Shown piece by piece: positions 9,447 to 18,646 of a stretch of 64,000 bases of DNA; the stretch's first letter is position 1, and every line of letters starts with the position of its first letter. The DNA comes from Thermotogaceae bacterium (GTDB lineage Bacteria > Thermotogota > Thermotogae > MWEM01): contig JASUTC010000001.1 of assembly GCA_030445775.1 (NCBI GenBank), forward strand, positions 96,469 through 160,468, given 5' to 3'. The position numbers and the translations under genes were made by a program. The notes beneath the pieces are model-generated. The model saw nothing but the letters and a program-made list of their open reading frames with translations. It was not told the origin of the DNA and made no database searches.

Positions 9447-9805
9447 GTTTCATCGCCTCTGTATGTAACAAAGCTTGTTTCAGTTTCAAACACCCTTATT
9501 TCATAAAGGTGGTACCGATGATTATTCAAATACAAATCCAATCGCTTCCAAATCCATATGGCAATTGATTCGGTGGTTGGTTGCTTGATATGATCGTTTA
9601 GGTAAGAATGATCGAGAATATCCAAAACCTGTTCTTTTACAATGTTCTTTAACACTACAAAATCTATGACCATTTGCTCCTCATCAAGTTTTCCTTCAAC
9701 GATTACATCTAAGCGATAAGTATGTCCATGCAATCTTTCGCATTTGCCATGGTATTTTATCAAATTATGGGCTGCATCAAATTTAAAGGTTTTAGTAACT
9801 AGCAT
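9443..9805 (-). CDS. queD: 6-carboxy-5,6,7,8-tetrahydropterin synthase
   Basis: 120 aa. F.FDAAH.L....GKCERLHGHTY is the PTPS/QueD zinc and catalytic motif. Confidence 0.88.
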   Translation of the reverse strand: MLVTKTFKFDAAHNLIKYHGKCERLHGHTYRLDVIVEGKLDEEQMVIDFVVLKNIVKEQVLDILDHSYLNDHIKQPTTESIAIWIWKRLDLYLNNHRYHLYEIRVFETETSFVTYRGDET

Positions 9806-9808
9806 CTA

Positions 9809-12247
9809 TTAACCCTCTCTCAACTCTAATCCTTCCTCTTCAATAACTTGTATTACAGCTTTAAAGTTACGGTTGAGTTCGGTTTCGGTTAACGTATGAT
9901 TGGTTGATCTGAACAATACAGAGAGGGTGATACTATTATAGCCCTTTGGTATGTTTTTCCCACTGTAAACATCGATGATGGTTACATTCTCAACAAATTC
10001 GATATGCTTAATCTTTTTAATAATATGACCTATTTCAGTTCCTTTACTTACTAAAACTGAAAAATCCTTTCTGCTGGCGGGGAAATTTGTTCCCAAAATG
10101 GACCTCCATTTTCTCTGTGACAGCTTTTGGAGTTGATGTATCCTTTCCAGATCAAGTTCACAAAAAAAGGTAATGTCAGTAACAGAAAACGCTTCTATTA
10201 TTTCCTCCCTGATCAGCCCAAAAACACCTATTTGCTTACCATTTAACAAAATTCTGGCGGATTGTGCCGGATACATGATCTTTGTATAAATGCTATCATT
10301 TTTTAGCCTTTCAAATACAATTTTTTCATTATCTATTTCCAGATGCCACAAAATCTCTTCTATTGAACCCTTGAAATTAAAAAAATCCACGTGTTGTTTA
10401 CTCTGATAATCTTCGGGATCAATTACTCCTGTAGCAGCCATTAAAAGACTTTCAAGCTCTTGAAAATCTCCATTTTCATTAAGCAGAAAAGATGACCCCG
10501 TTTCAAAGAGTTTTAAATCGTACTGTTGATGTGAATGATTATATCCCAGTGTTTTTAACATGGTAATCAACAATGAAGGCCGTAAAATTGACATGTCTTT
10601 TGACAATGATTTCACAATTTCAATCTTGTTTTCATTCCAGGGGAAATTCTTGTCATTTGATATCTTCATAATATCATCCGGATCGATAAGTGATATGGGA
10701 ATAATTTCGTTGTAACCGGCAGACATGACCAACTCCCTAATTTTGTATCTAAATGTTTGAAAACTATCTCTAGATTTTGAATAACCCTTTAAATAGGGAA
10801 TTCTTGAAGGAATCTTATCATAACCAACGACTCTTCCGATCTCTTCAATCAAATCCACTTCTCTTTCAATATCCGGTCTGAACGTTGGTACGATCACTTC
10901 CCAATTATTATCATTTGATTTTTTTTGGAGGTCAAAATCTAAGTGAATCAAAGAGTCTTCGATTTGTGTTGTTGAATAATTGATTCCCAACAATTTTTCA
11001 ACTTTTTCTTTTCTTAAAAAGAGTTGCTTGGATTTGATGGGATTAGGATACACATCCAATATTTCTTCAGCAGGAGTTCCAGATGCCAGTTGTGATATCA
11101 AATGGGCTAATCTTTTTAAAACATATTCGGCATCATTTGGATCTACCCCCCTTTCAAAGCGGAACGATGAATCACTCATGATGTTTAACCTTCGAGAGAT
11201 TTTTCTTATTTTTACTGGATTAAAATAGGCAACTTCCAAAAATACAGTTTGTGTTTCTTCGGTTACTCCGGTACCTTCCCCGCCCATTATTCCGGCTAAT
11301 GCAAGGGGATTTTCCCCATCGGTAATTAATAATTCATCACCGGAAAATTCCGGAGTTTCCTCATTTAACAATTGCAAGGTTTCTTTTTCTTTTGCCAATC
11401 TCACAACGATTGATTTATTTTCAAGCTTATCGTAATCAAAGGCATGTACCGGATGCCCCGTTTCCATTAAAATATAATTGGTTATATCTACTACGTTGTT
11501 AATTGGTCTGATACCAATTGACATCAAATCTCGCTTTAACCAGAGGGGTGAAGGTTGAACCTTTACATCCTCAACAATCAATCCAGAATAACGATTGCAA
11601 AATTCGGGGTTTTCAATTTTAATAGACATAAAATCAGATGTTGTTTTCTTACTGGTTTGAAAAGTAACCGGTTGGTCTTTTATAGTTCTGTGACCGTTTA
11701 AAAGCGCCTTTATTTCTCTTGCAACTCCCAAATATGACAATTCGTCGGGTCTGTTAGCGGTTATTTCCAGATCATAGACACTATCATCAAGATCGAATAA
11801 TTGGACAACATCTAACCCGTTTTCAACCTTATCGGAAAATCGATAAACCTCTTGGGATTTCTGTTCCAGTTTCAGTTCCTCAAGAGAACACATCATTCCC
11901 TCAGAGGGTTCGCCACGTAATTTGGCCTTTTTGATCTTAAATCCGTCTTTCAACGTAGCTCCGATTTTGGCCAAGGGAACAATATCTCCCTCTTTTAAAG
12001 AAGTATCACCGGTTACAATCTGATATTGATGATCCTTTGTATCCACCTTGCAGATGATAAGCTTATCGGCATTGGGATGGTTTGTTATCCGTGTGATTGT
12101 CCCCGTATAAACACCGGATATTTCTTGCCAAGGTTTATCAATACTTTCCACAGATGTTCCGCTTAGGCTTAGCAAGCTATCTAATTTCTCATCCTCTATA
12201 TCCAGGATATCGATATATTTATTCAACCAATTTTTGGAAATAAGCAT
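9809..12247 (-). CDS. pheT: phenylalanine--tRNA ligase beta subunit
   Basis: 812 aa with an N-terminal tRNA-binding domain (HPNADKL) and B3/4, B5 and FDX-ACB order. It directly follows pheS. Confidence 0.95.
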   Translation of the reverse strand: MLISKNWLNKYIDILDIEDEKLDSLLSLSGTSVESIDKPWQEISGVYTGTITRITNHPNADKLIICKVDTKDHQYQIVTGDTSLKEGDIVPLAKIGATLKDGFKIKKAKLRGEPSEGMMCSLEELKLEQKSQEVYRFSDKVENGLDVVQLFDLDDSVYDLEITANRPDELSYLGVAREIKALLNGHRTIKDQPVTFQTSKKTTSDFMSIKIENPEFCNRYSGLIVEDVKVQPSPLWLKRDLMSIGIRPINNVVDITNYILMETGHPVHAFDYDKLENKSIVVRLAKEKETLQLLNEETPEFSGDELLITDGENPLALAGIMGGEGTGVTEETQTVFLEVAYFNPVKIRKISRRLNIMSDSSFRFERGVDPNDAEYVLKRLAHLISQLASGTPAEEILDVYPNPIKSKQLFLRKEKVEKLLGINYSTTQIEDSLIHLDFDLQKKSNDNNWEVIVPTFRPDIEREVDLIEEIGRVVGYDKIPSRIPYLKGYSKSRDSFQTFRYKIRELVMSAGYNEIIPISLIDPDDIMKISNDKNFPWNENKIEIVKSLSKDMSILRPSLLITMLKTLGYNHSHQQYDLKLFETGSSFLLNENGDFQELESLLMAATGVIDPEDYQSKQHVDFFNFKGSIEEILWHLEIDNEKIVFERLKNDSIYTKIMYPAQSARILLNGKQIGVFGLIREEIIEAFSVTDITFFCELDLERIHQLQKLSQRKWRSILGTNFPASRKDFSVLVSKGTEIGHIIKKIKHIEFVENVTIIDVYSGKNIPKGYNSITLSVLFRSTNHTLTETELNRNFKAVIQVIEEEGLELREG

Positions 12248-12258
12248 TCTTTACCTCC

Positions 12259-13281
12259 CTAAAGTTCCTGTCTCAAGAATCTGATATCGCCTCTGACAAG
12301 ATCTCTGATATCAGTTAGGCCGTATTTCAGCATGGTTAAACGCTCTATTCCGGCTCCAAAAGCAAATCCACTCCAGACTTCCGGATCATAACCAACTGCC
12401 TTAAAGACATTGGGATCAACCATTCCCGCTCCAAGAACTTCAAGCCATTGTATCTTCCCGTATTTATCTTTCCAACTGATGTCCACTTCAAAACTGGGTT
12501 CAGTAAAAGGGAAAAACGAAGGTCTAAGTCTAATGGTAATATCTTTTGAAAAAAGCTCTCTCATGAAATGTTCCAATGTGCCCTTTAAATGACCCACATT
12601 TACATCCTTATCTACAAACAATCCCTCTGTTTGATGAAACATGGGCAGATGTGTGGCATCATAATCGCTTCTGTAAACTTTTCCCGGTGCAACGATCGCA
12701 ATGGGGGGGGCTTCTTTTTCCATGGTTCGAATTTGAACCGGAGAAGTATGTGTACGGAGTAAATATTCGTTTTCTTTTAAATAAAAGCTGTCATGTTCAT
12801 CCCTTGCAGGATGCCAGTCAGGTGTGTTTAAGGCTTCAAAATTGTAAAACACATTCTCAATTTCAGGACCTTCTTTAACAGCATAGCCTAAGGATATAAA
12901 GATCTCTTCTATTTCCTTCTGGGTTTTCTTTAGTAGATGCTCATAACCGGTTCTTCTTCTCGCACCGGGCCTGGTAATATCAACATAAAGCTCTTCTTCC
13001 CGCTTTTCTTTTTCTTCAGAAACCAATGCCTTTTTTTTCACACTAAGTTGTTCAGTAATCATATCTTTACAAGCATTTGTTTCCTGTCCTACTTGCGGTC
13101 GTAGTTGAGGATCCAATTTACCAAGTTGTTTAAGAAATCGAGTTGTCAAAATACCCTTCTTTCCCAAGTATTTGACCCTTAACTCTTCAAGCTCTTTTTG
13201 ACTGTCTACACCTTTGATTTCACCGACTGCTTGTTGCTTCACCTTTTCCAGTTCTTCGAATATCTTGTTTTTTTTCTCCAT
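12259..13281 (-). CDS. pheS: phenylalanine--tRNA ligase alpha subunit
   Basis: 340 aa with class II motifs (FRPSFFPFTEPS, GAGMVDP, GFAFGAGIERL). Confidence 0.95.
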   Translation of the reverse strand: MEKKNKIFEELEKVKQQAVGEIKGVDSQKELEELRVKYLGKKGILTTRFLKQLGKLDPQLRPQVGQETNACKDMITEQLSVKKKALVSEEKEKREEELYVDITRPGARRRTGYEHLLKKTQKEIEEIFISLGYAVKEGPEIENVFYNFEALNTPDWHPARDEHDSFYLKENEYLLRTHTSPVQIRTMEKEAPPIAIVAPGKVYRSDYDATHLPMFHQTEGLFVDKDVNVGHLKGTLEHFMRELFSKDITIRLRPSFFPFTEPSFEVDISWKDKYGKIQWLEVLGAGMVDPNVFKAVGYDPEVWSGFAFGAGIERLTMLKYGLTDIRDLVRGDIRFLRQEL

Positions 13282-13302
13282 ACATGCCTCCCGAGTCGTT
13301 CT

Positions 13303-14829
13303 TTATGCGTAATGTCTTCTATCAAATTCGTATAATGAAATGCCTTTCTCTTTCACATATTCCAAAATTGCTTTTTGGCTCATTTCGTTTTTCAGCTTGA
13401 TGATACAAGTAATTTGCCATTCTTCATAAGCTTTTTTGATTACATCAATTCCTGCGTCAGAATCAAGTCCTAAAACGCCTCCTTTGATTTGCCGTGTTAA
13501 CATCTTAAACCTATATACCGCTACCTCTATTGCTTCTTCAGAATTCAACATACCACTGGAAACGGAGACCATTCTTCCACCTTTTAACCTAACAACGGAA
13601 TTGGTTTCGAGGACACGAATCATTTGCATTGCAAGAAGCAGATCATCTCTTAATTGAGTATCGGCTGATGCAGAATATCTCACCTCAATATTCCCAAAAG
13701 CTTCTACACTGTCTTTTTGTTGAAGCAATACCTCATTTTCCAAAAACGTTCTATGGGTATTATCATATTCAAAACTTTGACATTTAGCTAATATGTTTAT
13801 ATCAGATGATTTTAAGAGTTCTTCAGCTTCTGGGGAAAAATCAGTGGCAACAACCGTCTTGATATTATTTCTGAGGATAAATTCGGCTGTTGATAAATGA
13901 ATACTCTCTTTGCTAATCAATGCTGAATTACTGTTAGAACGTTTTTGTAAATCCTTTTCAATCATTTGTAAATACACTTCATCGTTTTCTTTTTGAGAAA
14001 AGAAAACGGGGGTAAGGTTGATGAGTATTGTAAATCCCCCGGATGACAAATTTTTCATAAAACTGATACCGTTAAAAATTTGTCGATACACTCTTAAAGT
14101 GAGATGATTCTTGGTTATAAACTCAACATGATCGTACAAAGAATCTTCTCCTGCAATTTTCATCAAAAAGGCATCTTGATGCGGGTTATCGCCGTACTTA
14201 AAATCTTCAAGCCTTTCTAAGGTCAGATGTTGGTATTTCTCCTCAGCAAATAAAAAGGATAAGGCTTCATGGATGCTTTCTTCATATTTCATGGTACTGT
14301 AAAACGCCTTTAAAGCATATTTTCTTCTGGATTGAAGGGGTACATCACCACAAAAATCAAAACTTTTAATCACCTTTTCATAATCAGCGGGATCCACAAC
14401 GGGAAGTACATCCCTGTAATTCTTAGCTGCTGAACGAATAATATTAATACCGCCTATATCAATCTTGTCAATCAATTCAAACTCGTCAAAGGTTTCCTTT
14501 GAAAACTCCTTGAAAGGACAAAGATTAACAACGATCATGTCTATATTGGGAATGTTCGCTTTAATCATCTGATCCAGATGTTCTGTTTTTGAACGGTCAG
14601 CAAGAATGCCACCGGCAATTCTTGGGCTAATGGTCTTAATTCTACCGTTAAACATTTCAACAATTCCGGTGTAATCTTCTACAGATTGAACCTTTATCCC
14701 ATATTTCTTTAAATATTTATAAGTTCCCCCCGTTGATATGATATCTACCCCGTTATTGTTTAAATAAGAAGCCAGATGTTCAATTCCCGTTTTATCATAG
14801 ACTGATATCAAGGCACGTTCAATATTCAT
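13303..14829 (-). CDS. purH: PurH-like protein: conserved IMP-cyclohydrolase (MGS-like) domain, strongly divergent AICAR-transformylase-like domain
   Basis: The N-terminus ALISVYDKTGI...STGGTYKYL...GRIKTISPRI...VVNLCPF...DIGGINIIRSAAKN is canonical. The C-terminal half keeps only YGDNPHQ and a ...RRHYA end. Confidence 0.65.
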   Translation of the reverse strand: MNIERALISVYDKTGIEHLASYLNNNGVDIISTGGTYKYLKKYGIKVQSVEDYTGIVEMFNGRIKTISPRIAGGILADRSKTEHLDQMIKANIPNIDMIVVNLCPFKEFSKETFDEFELIDKIDIGGINIIRSAAKNYRDVLPVVDPADYEKVIKSFDFCGDVPLQSRRKYALKAFYSTMKYEESIHEALSFLFAEEKYQHLTLERLEDFKYGDNPHQDAFLMKIAGEDSLYDHVEFITKNHLTLRVYRQIFNGISFMKNLSSGGFTILINLTPVFFSQKENDEVYLQMIEKDLQKRSNSNSALISKESIHLSTAEFILRNNIKTVVATDFSPEAEELLKSSDINILAKCQSFEYDNTHRTFLENEVLLQQKDSVEAFGNIEVRYSASADTQLRDDLLLAMQMIRVLETNSVVRLKGGRMVSVSSGMLNSEEAIEVAVYRFKMLTRQIKGGVLGLDSDAGIDVIKKAYEEWQITCIIKLKNEMSQKAILEYVKEKGISLYEFDRRHYA

Positions 14830-14833
14830 TGCA

Positions 14834-16060
14834 TCACCAGCTTGATAAATATTTCTTCTGTTCCTCGGTCAGTTCATCGATGGCGATCCCCATTGTTTTT
14901 AATTTTATCACTGCTAATTCCCTGTCTATACTTTCAGGTACAGTCATCAAGTGATTTTCGAGTTTACCCTTGTTTTCCCATAGATATTTCAAACTCATCA
15001 ACTGTACACCAAAAGAGGTATCCATAATTTCTATCGGATGACCATCAGCTGCCGCCAAATTAACGAGTCTTCCTTCGGCAATTACATAGATGCTTTTTCC
15101 GTTTGGGAGCTTGTAGCCAATAACATTAGGTCTTGCTTCCCATTGCTCTACACTAAATTCACGAAGCTGCTTCATGGAAATTTCAACATCAAAATGTCCT
15201 GCGTTTGCCAATATGGCGCCTTCTTTCATCAAGGGGAAATGATCTTTAGTGATGACGTTGATATCACCGGTCAGAGTTGTAAAAATGTCTCCAAGAGGAG
15301 CGGCATTAGTCATACTCATGACTTCGAATCCATCCATGACCGCTTCGATTGATTTTATGGGATCAACTTCTGTAACAATTACCTTTGCACCCAGACCCTT
15401 GGCCCTTAAGGCAACTCCTCTACCGCACCAGCCATAACCTGCTACAACGACTGTTTTACCAGCAATTGATACGTTTGTACTTCGAATAATGCCATCCCAT
15501 GTGGATTGGCCAGTCCCGTAGCGATTATCAAAGAGATATTTCATCATAGCGTCATTTGCAGCGATTGCCGGGACTTTCAGCTTACCCGCTGCATCAAGCG
15601 CTCTAAGCCTGTGAACGCCTGTGGTTGTTTCTTCAGAAATTCCCTTGAGATTTTTCAGGTAATTGGTATATTCTGTATGTACAATAGTTGCCAAATCTCC
15701 GCCGTCATCTAAAATCAGATCCGGTTCCAATTCCAAGACTTTATATAAATTTTTCCTGAAGGCTTCATCATCATGTGTATGTTTGGCGTATACTGTCACG
15801 CCGTAATGTTCTCTTAAGGCATCCGCTATATCATCTTGAGTGGATAATGGGTTTGAACCGGTTACCCAAACCTCAGCACCAAGGTCACCAATTAGTCTTC
15901 CCAGATTAGCCGTTTTGGCTTCCAGATGACAACAAACAACCACTTTTGAACCCTTAAAAGGTTTTTCATCAATGTATCTCCCTTTAATTGCACGAAGGAC
16001 ATCCATGTATTGCCATGCCCATTCCATTTTCTTGACACCCAGTTCAACACTTTTATTCAT
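14834..16060 (-). CDS. ahcY: adenosylhomocysteinase
   Basis: HLEAKTANL, SNPLSTQDD, EETTTGV and GYGWCGRG (NAD) motifs. SD GGAGAGG supports ATG at 16060, which avoids overlap with the upstream gene. Confidence 0.93.
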   Translation of the reverse strand: MNKSVELGVKKMEWAWQYMDVLRAIKGRYIDEKPFKGSKVVVCCHLEAKTANLGRLIGDLGAEVWVTGSNPLSTQDDIADALREHYGVTVYAKHTHDDEAFRKNLYKVLELEPDLILDDGGDLATIVHTEYTNYLKNLKGISEETTTGVHRLRALDAAGKLKVPAIAANDAMMKYLFDNRYGTGQSTWDGIIRSTNVSIAGKTVVVAGYGWCGRGVALRAKGLGAKVIVTEVDPIKSIEAVMDGFEVMSMTNAAPLGDIFTTLTGDINVITKDHFPLMKEGAILANAGHFDVEISMKQLREFSVEQWEARPNVIGYKLPNGKSIYVIAEGRLVNLAAADGHPIEIMDTSFGVQLMSLKYLWENKGKLENHLMTVPESIDRELAVIKLKTMGIAIDELTEEQKKYLSSW

Positions 16061-16073
16061 TTCATCACCTCTC

Positions 16074-16541
16074 CTATTTTCTACTCGCTTTGAAAGAACC
16101 AGTTTTGGCAAAGGTACCGCTACTGGAAGCAACACCTTGCATATTATTTGAATCCTTTAATGTGGCATCAAAGGATATTACTCCATTGTGGAATGATTTC
16201 CCTTGAAATTTGATCTCCCTTTCGTTTAAAACGGTTATGGGGTATTTTTCATCAGAAAAAGTCCCATGCCACAAGACTACATAAGAACCGTTTTCCAGAT
16301 GAATATCCATATCAAAACTCTCATCAAAGATACCAATCGTAAAAGAAATCGTCCAGGAACCGGCAATATCATACATTAATTGTGGTTGAGGTAAGGGACC
16401 TGGTTGTGGTTGATTGAGCCATTCCCAAGTACCGTTGTTGTTGAGTACCACCCTTCTGCCATCGTCAGTTGTTGCCATTATTGCAGAAAAAATGACTGAA
16501 GCCATTACTACTAAAACCAAGAAAATGATTCTTTTTTTCAT
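16074..16541 (-). CDS. small secreted protein, function unknown
   Basis: SD GGAGGGTG precedes ATG 16541. Signal or anchor MKKRIIFLVLVVMASVIFSAI, then a PQPGPLPQPQ linker and a beta-rich domain. Confidence 0.5.
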   Translation of the reverse strand: MKKRIIFLVLVVMASVIFSAIMATTDDGRRVVLNNNGTWEWLNQPQPGPLPQPQLMYDIAGSWTISFTIGIFDESFDMDIHLENGSYVVLWHGTFSDEKYPITVLNEREIKFQGKSFHNGVISFDATLKDSNNMQGVASSSGTFAKTGSFKASRK

Positions 16542-16615
16542 ACTGACACCCTCCAAAAATAGTTGATGGATAATTCTAACATATGTTCTGTTCTGTTAAA
16601 GTTACTAATAGTTTT

Positions 16616-18646
16616 CTAATCATATACATCAACGATATTTGCGTAACTAATCTCCTGTATTTGTTCATCGATTAACTTTTCAAGCTTCTGATCATTTTCT
16701 TTCAGTACCTCTAAAAAGTTCTTATAAATCTTTTTTTCCGTTTCTTTTAAATCCGCTTCCAGTGTTGTCTTGGCTTTTTTTATCAGTCTTTTTCTTGAAG
16801 CATAAAGAATCTTTAAAACCCATTTAGGGATACGGATTTTTTTCATTTTTTCCGCTACGGGTTTTTTTAACCCCATGGCTGAAGCAACTGCTAAGACAAC
16901 ACCACCAATAAATCCGCTTAACCACCCCAAAGGTCCCGAAGCGAGTAAAGCAATACCTCCTCCCCCAACAATTGCCCCTGATATTAAACCAACGATTACC
17001 GATGAAATCGCCGTTATCATGTTAAAGAACAGATCATTTAACGGATTTATTTCACCACCAGATTGAGTTAACTGATCGTTGGCAAGGTTATTTTGATTTA
17101 AAAGTTCGTATTTAACCAAAGAACGGTTGAACCATCGGCTTAGTTCCTCTTTTGTTGATTTCTCTATTTGATAGTTGATCTCTTTAAGAAAACCATCATT
17201 CAAACTTTTTAATTCGGGTTGTCTTGCCAAAAAATTGTGTTTCAATCGATTTTCCAGTTCAACGATAGTTCCTCCCTCGTTCAGAAAATTCGTGATGGCA
17301 TTTTCAATTTCCAAGGAAAATATTGAAAAAACAGTTTGGGTATATTGACTTAACGCGTCTTTAAATAGTTTTTGATAGGATTCTTTTAATCTTTCTTCCA
17401 GTTCATCTTCATGTGCACGTAATTCAGTTCTGACTCTTTTTTCATATAACTTTGCAGAATAAGATAATCCCAATCCTCTGCTAATTGTAGATTCCGGATC
17501 GGATGAAGCCAATATTCTGGTATAGGGGAATTTTCGCTCTATCATATCCACAAAAAATTTCCACCGACTGCTTCCACCCGTAAGAATAATCAAAGAAATA
17601 GAATCAGGTCTTATGCCAAACTCTTTTTGGCCTCTCAGCACTTCAGATGTGATGATATTCGGTAAATCAATAAATTCCTCAACTTCTAATCTTTTAGAAT
17701 AATCAGACCCTTTTAAGTCGTGTTTCAGTTCATCACTCATTTTGTAAGTGCTCATCTGTTCGTACAGGTAATCAAAATTTGGGATGGACAATGTACCGTA
17801 GGAGTGCTGACCGAATACGATGTTTTCATTCATTTGCGTATGCTCGGAAGTTGCATGGAGAACAGAGTATTTTTCTTTCAAATTTTTAAACAAAACGGTA
17901 CGCAGATAACCACTCAACCCTTCCTTTTCAACCAGCGATTTTACCCCTTTATTCTGTTGAAGAAATAAATTGTAGAACAAATCATCAAACAACACACCAC
18001 CAATCACAGGTGATCCCCATACTTTTTGGATTTTAAAGTTTTTTATATAGGCAAGATCGAGAGTTCCCCCTCCGAAATCAATCACCAAGACACCGCCTCG
18101 TCCATCTTCCTTGGTGATATCCTTTCGGACAATATGATAATAAAGAGCACCCAAGGGTTCCTCAATCAAAACGGGGGTTTTACCTATTAACTTAGAAAGT
18201 ATTGCGATCATCTTTTCAGAATGCGTTTCATGCGTCTTAGAAGGCACACCACACACCATTTCAGTGTTGTTGATAAAATTCTTAATATCAAAAATTTTCT
18301 GCTTATCGAGATTAGTCAATAAAGCATTCAAAAACAATTCTGTCTCTGTCTCAGCCCGTTTATTGAAAGATAACCGTTGTTTAAATCCCGTCCCCAACGT
18401 GTATTGTCTTCTCTGAGAACGACTCATGGAATGCCATTCTTCAAGAGCCGGTTGCCCGAAACCCAATACCTCAAAATTTCTTTCATCATATAAAATCACG
18501 GAGGGCACAGAGGCGTTGGACTCTATTTTGACATCATCGACAATGGGAACAGCTTCAGCCGCAGTGGAAATACTCATATGTGTATTTGAGGTTCCAAAAT
18601 CAAGCCCAAATATATGCCTTATGTTTTGCTCCAAATCATTTTTCAT
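16616..18646 (-). CDS. non-canonical Hsp70-type ATPase (NBD only) with coiled coil and a C-terminal glycine-zipper TM hairpin
   Basis: GLDFGTSNT, VLVIDFGGGTLDLA and IILTGGSSRWKFF occur in DnaK order, with no DnaK substrate-binding domain. aa 536-593 form two Gly-rich hydrophobic helices. ATGA overlap with the upstream gene. Confidence 0.7.
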   Translation of the reverse strand: MKNDLEQNIRHIFGLDFGTSNTHMSISTAAEAVPIVDDVKIESNASVPSVILYDERNFEVLGFGQPALEEWHSMSRSQRRQYTLGTGFKQRLSFNKRAETETELFLNALLTNLDKQKIFDIKNFINNTEMVCGVPSKTHETHSEKMIAILSKLIGKTPVLIEEPLGALYYHIVRKDITKEDGRGGVLVIDFGGGTLDLAYIKNFKIQKVWGSPVIGGVLFDDLFYNLFLQQNKGVKSLVEKEGLSGYLRTVLFKNLKEKYSVLHATSEHTQMNENIVFGQHSYGTLSIPNFDYLYEQMSTYKMSDELKHDLKGSDYSKRLEVEEFIDLPNIITSEVLRGQKEFGIRPDSISLIILTGGSSRWKFFVDMIERKFPYTRILASSDPESTISRGLGLSYSAKLYEKRVRTELRAHEDELEERLKESYQKLFKDALSQYTQTVFSIFSLEIENAITNFLNEGGTIVELENRLKHNFLARQPELKSLNDGFLKEINYQIEKSTKEELSRWFNRSLVKYELLNQNNLANDQLTQSGGEINPLNDLFFNMITAISSVIVGLISGAIVGGGGIALLASGPLGWLSGFIGGVVLAVASAMGLKKPVAEKMKKIRIPKWVLKILYASRKRLIKKAKTTLEADLKETEKKIYKNFLEVLKENDQKLEKLIDEQIQEISYANIVDVYD

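Noticed and set aside
12703-12710. A G8 homopolymer (C8 on the coding strand) inside pheS, considered as a slippage or phase-variation site.
   Set aside because: The frame is intact, the tract encodes the sensible peptide EAPPIA within an essential gene, and there is no alternative frame product. It is probably incidental.
16061-16135. N-terminal extensions offered by the ORF track for ahcY (to 16135), GH13_18 (to 21514), the 4-TM partner (to 19779), rpsD (to 44719), the J-protein (to 40062), fur (to 9124), rpmD (to 48586) and others.
   Set aside because: In each case an internal ATG has a well-spaced Shine-Dalgarno sequence, matches the conserved family N-terminus, and/or removes overlap with the upstream gene. 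The extensions read through SD sequences or upstream coding DNA.
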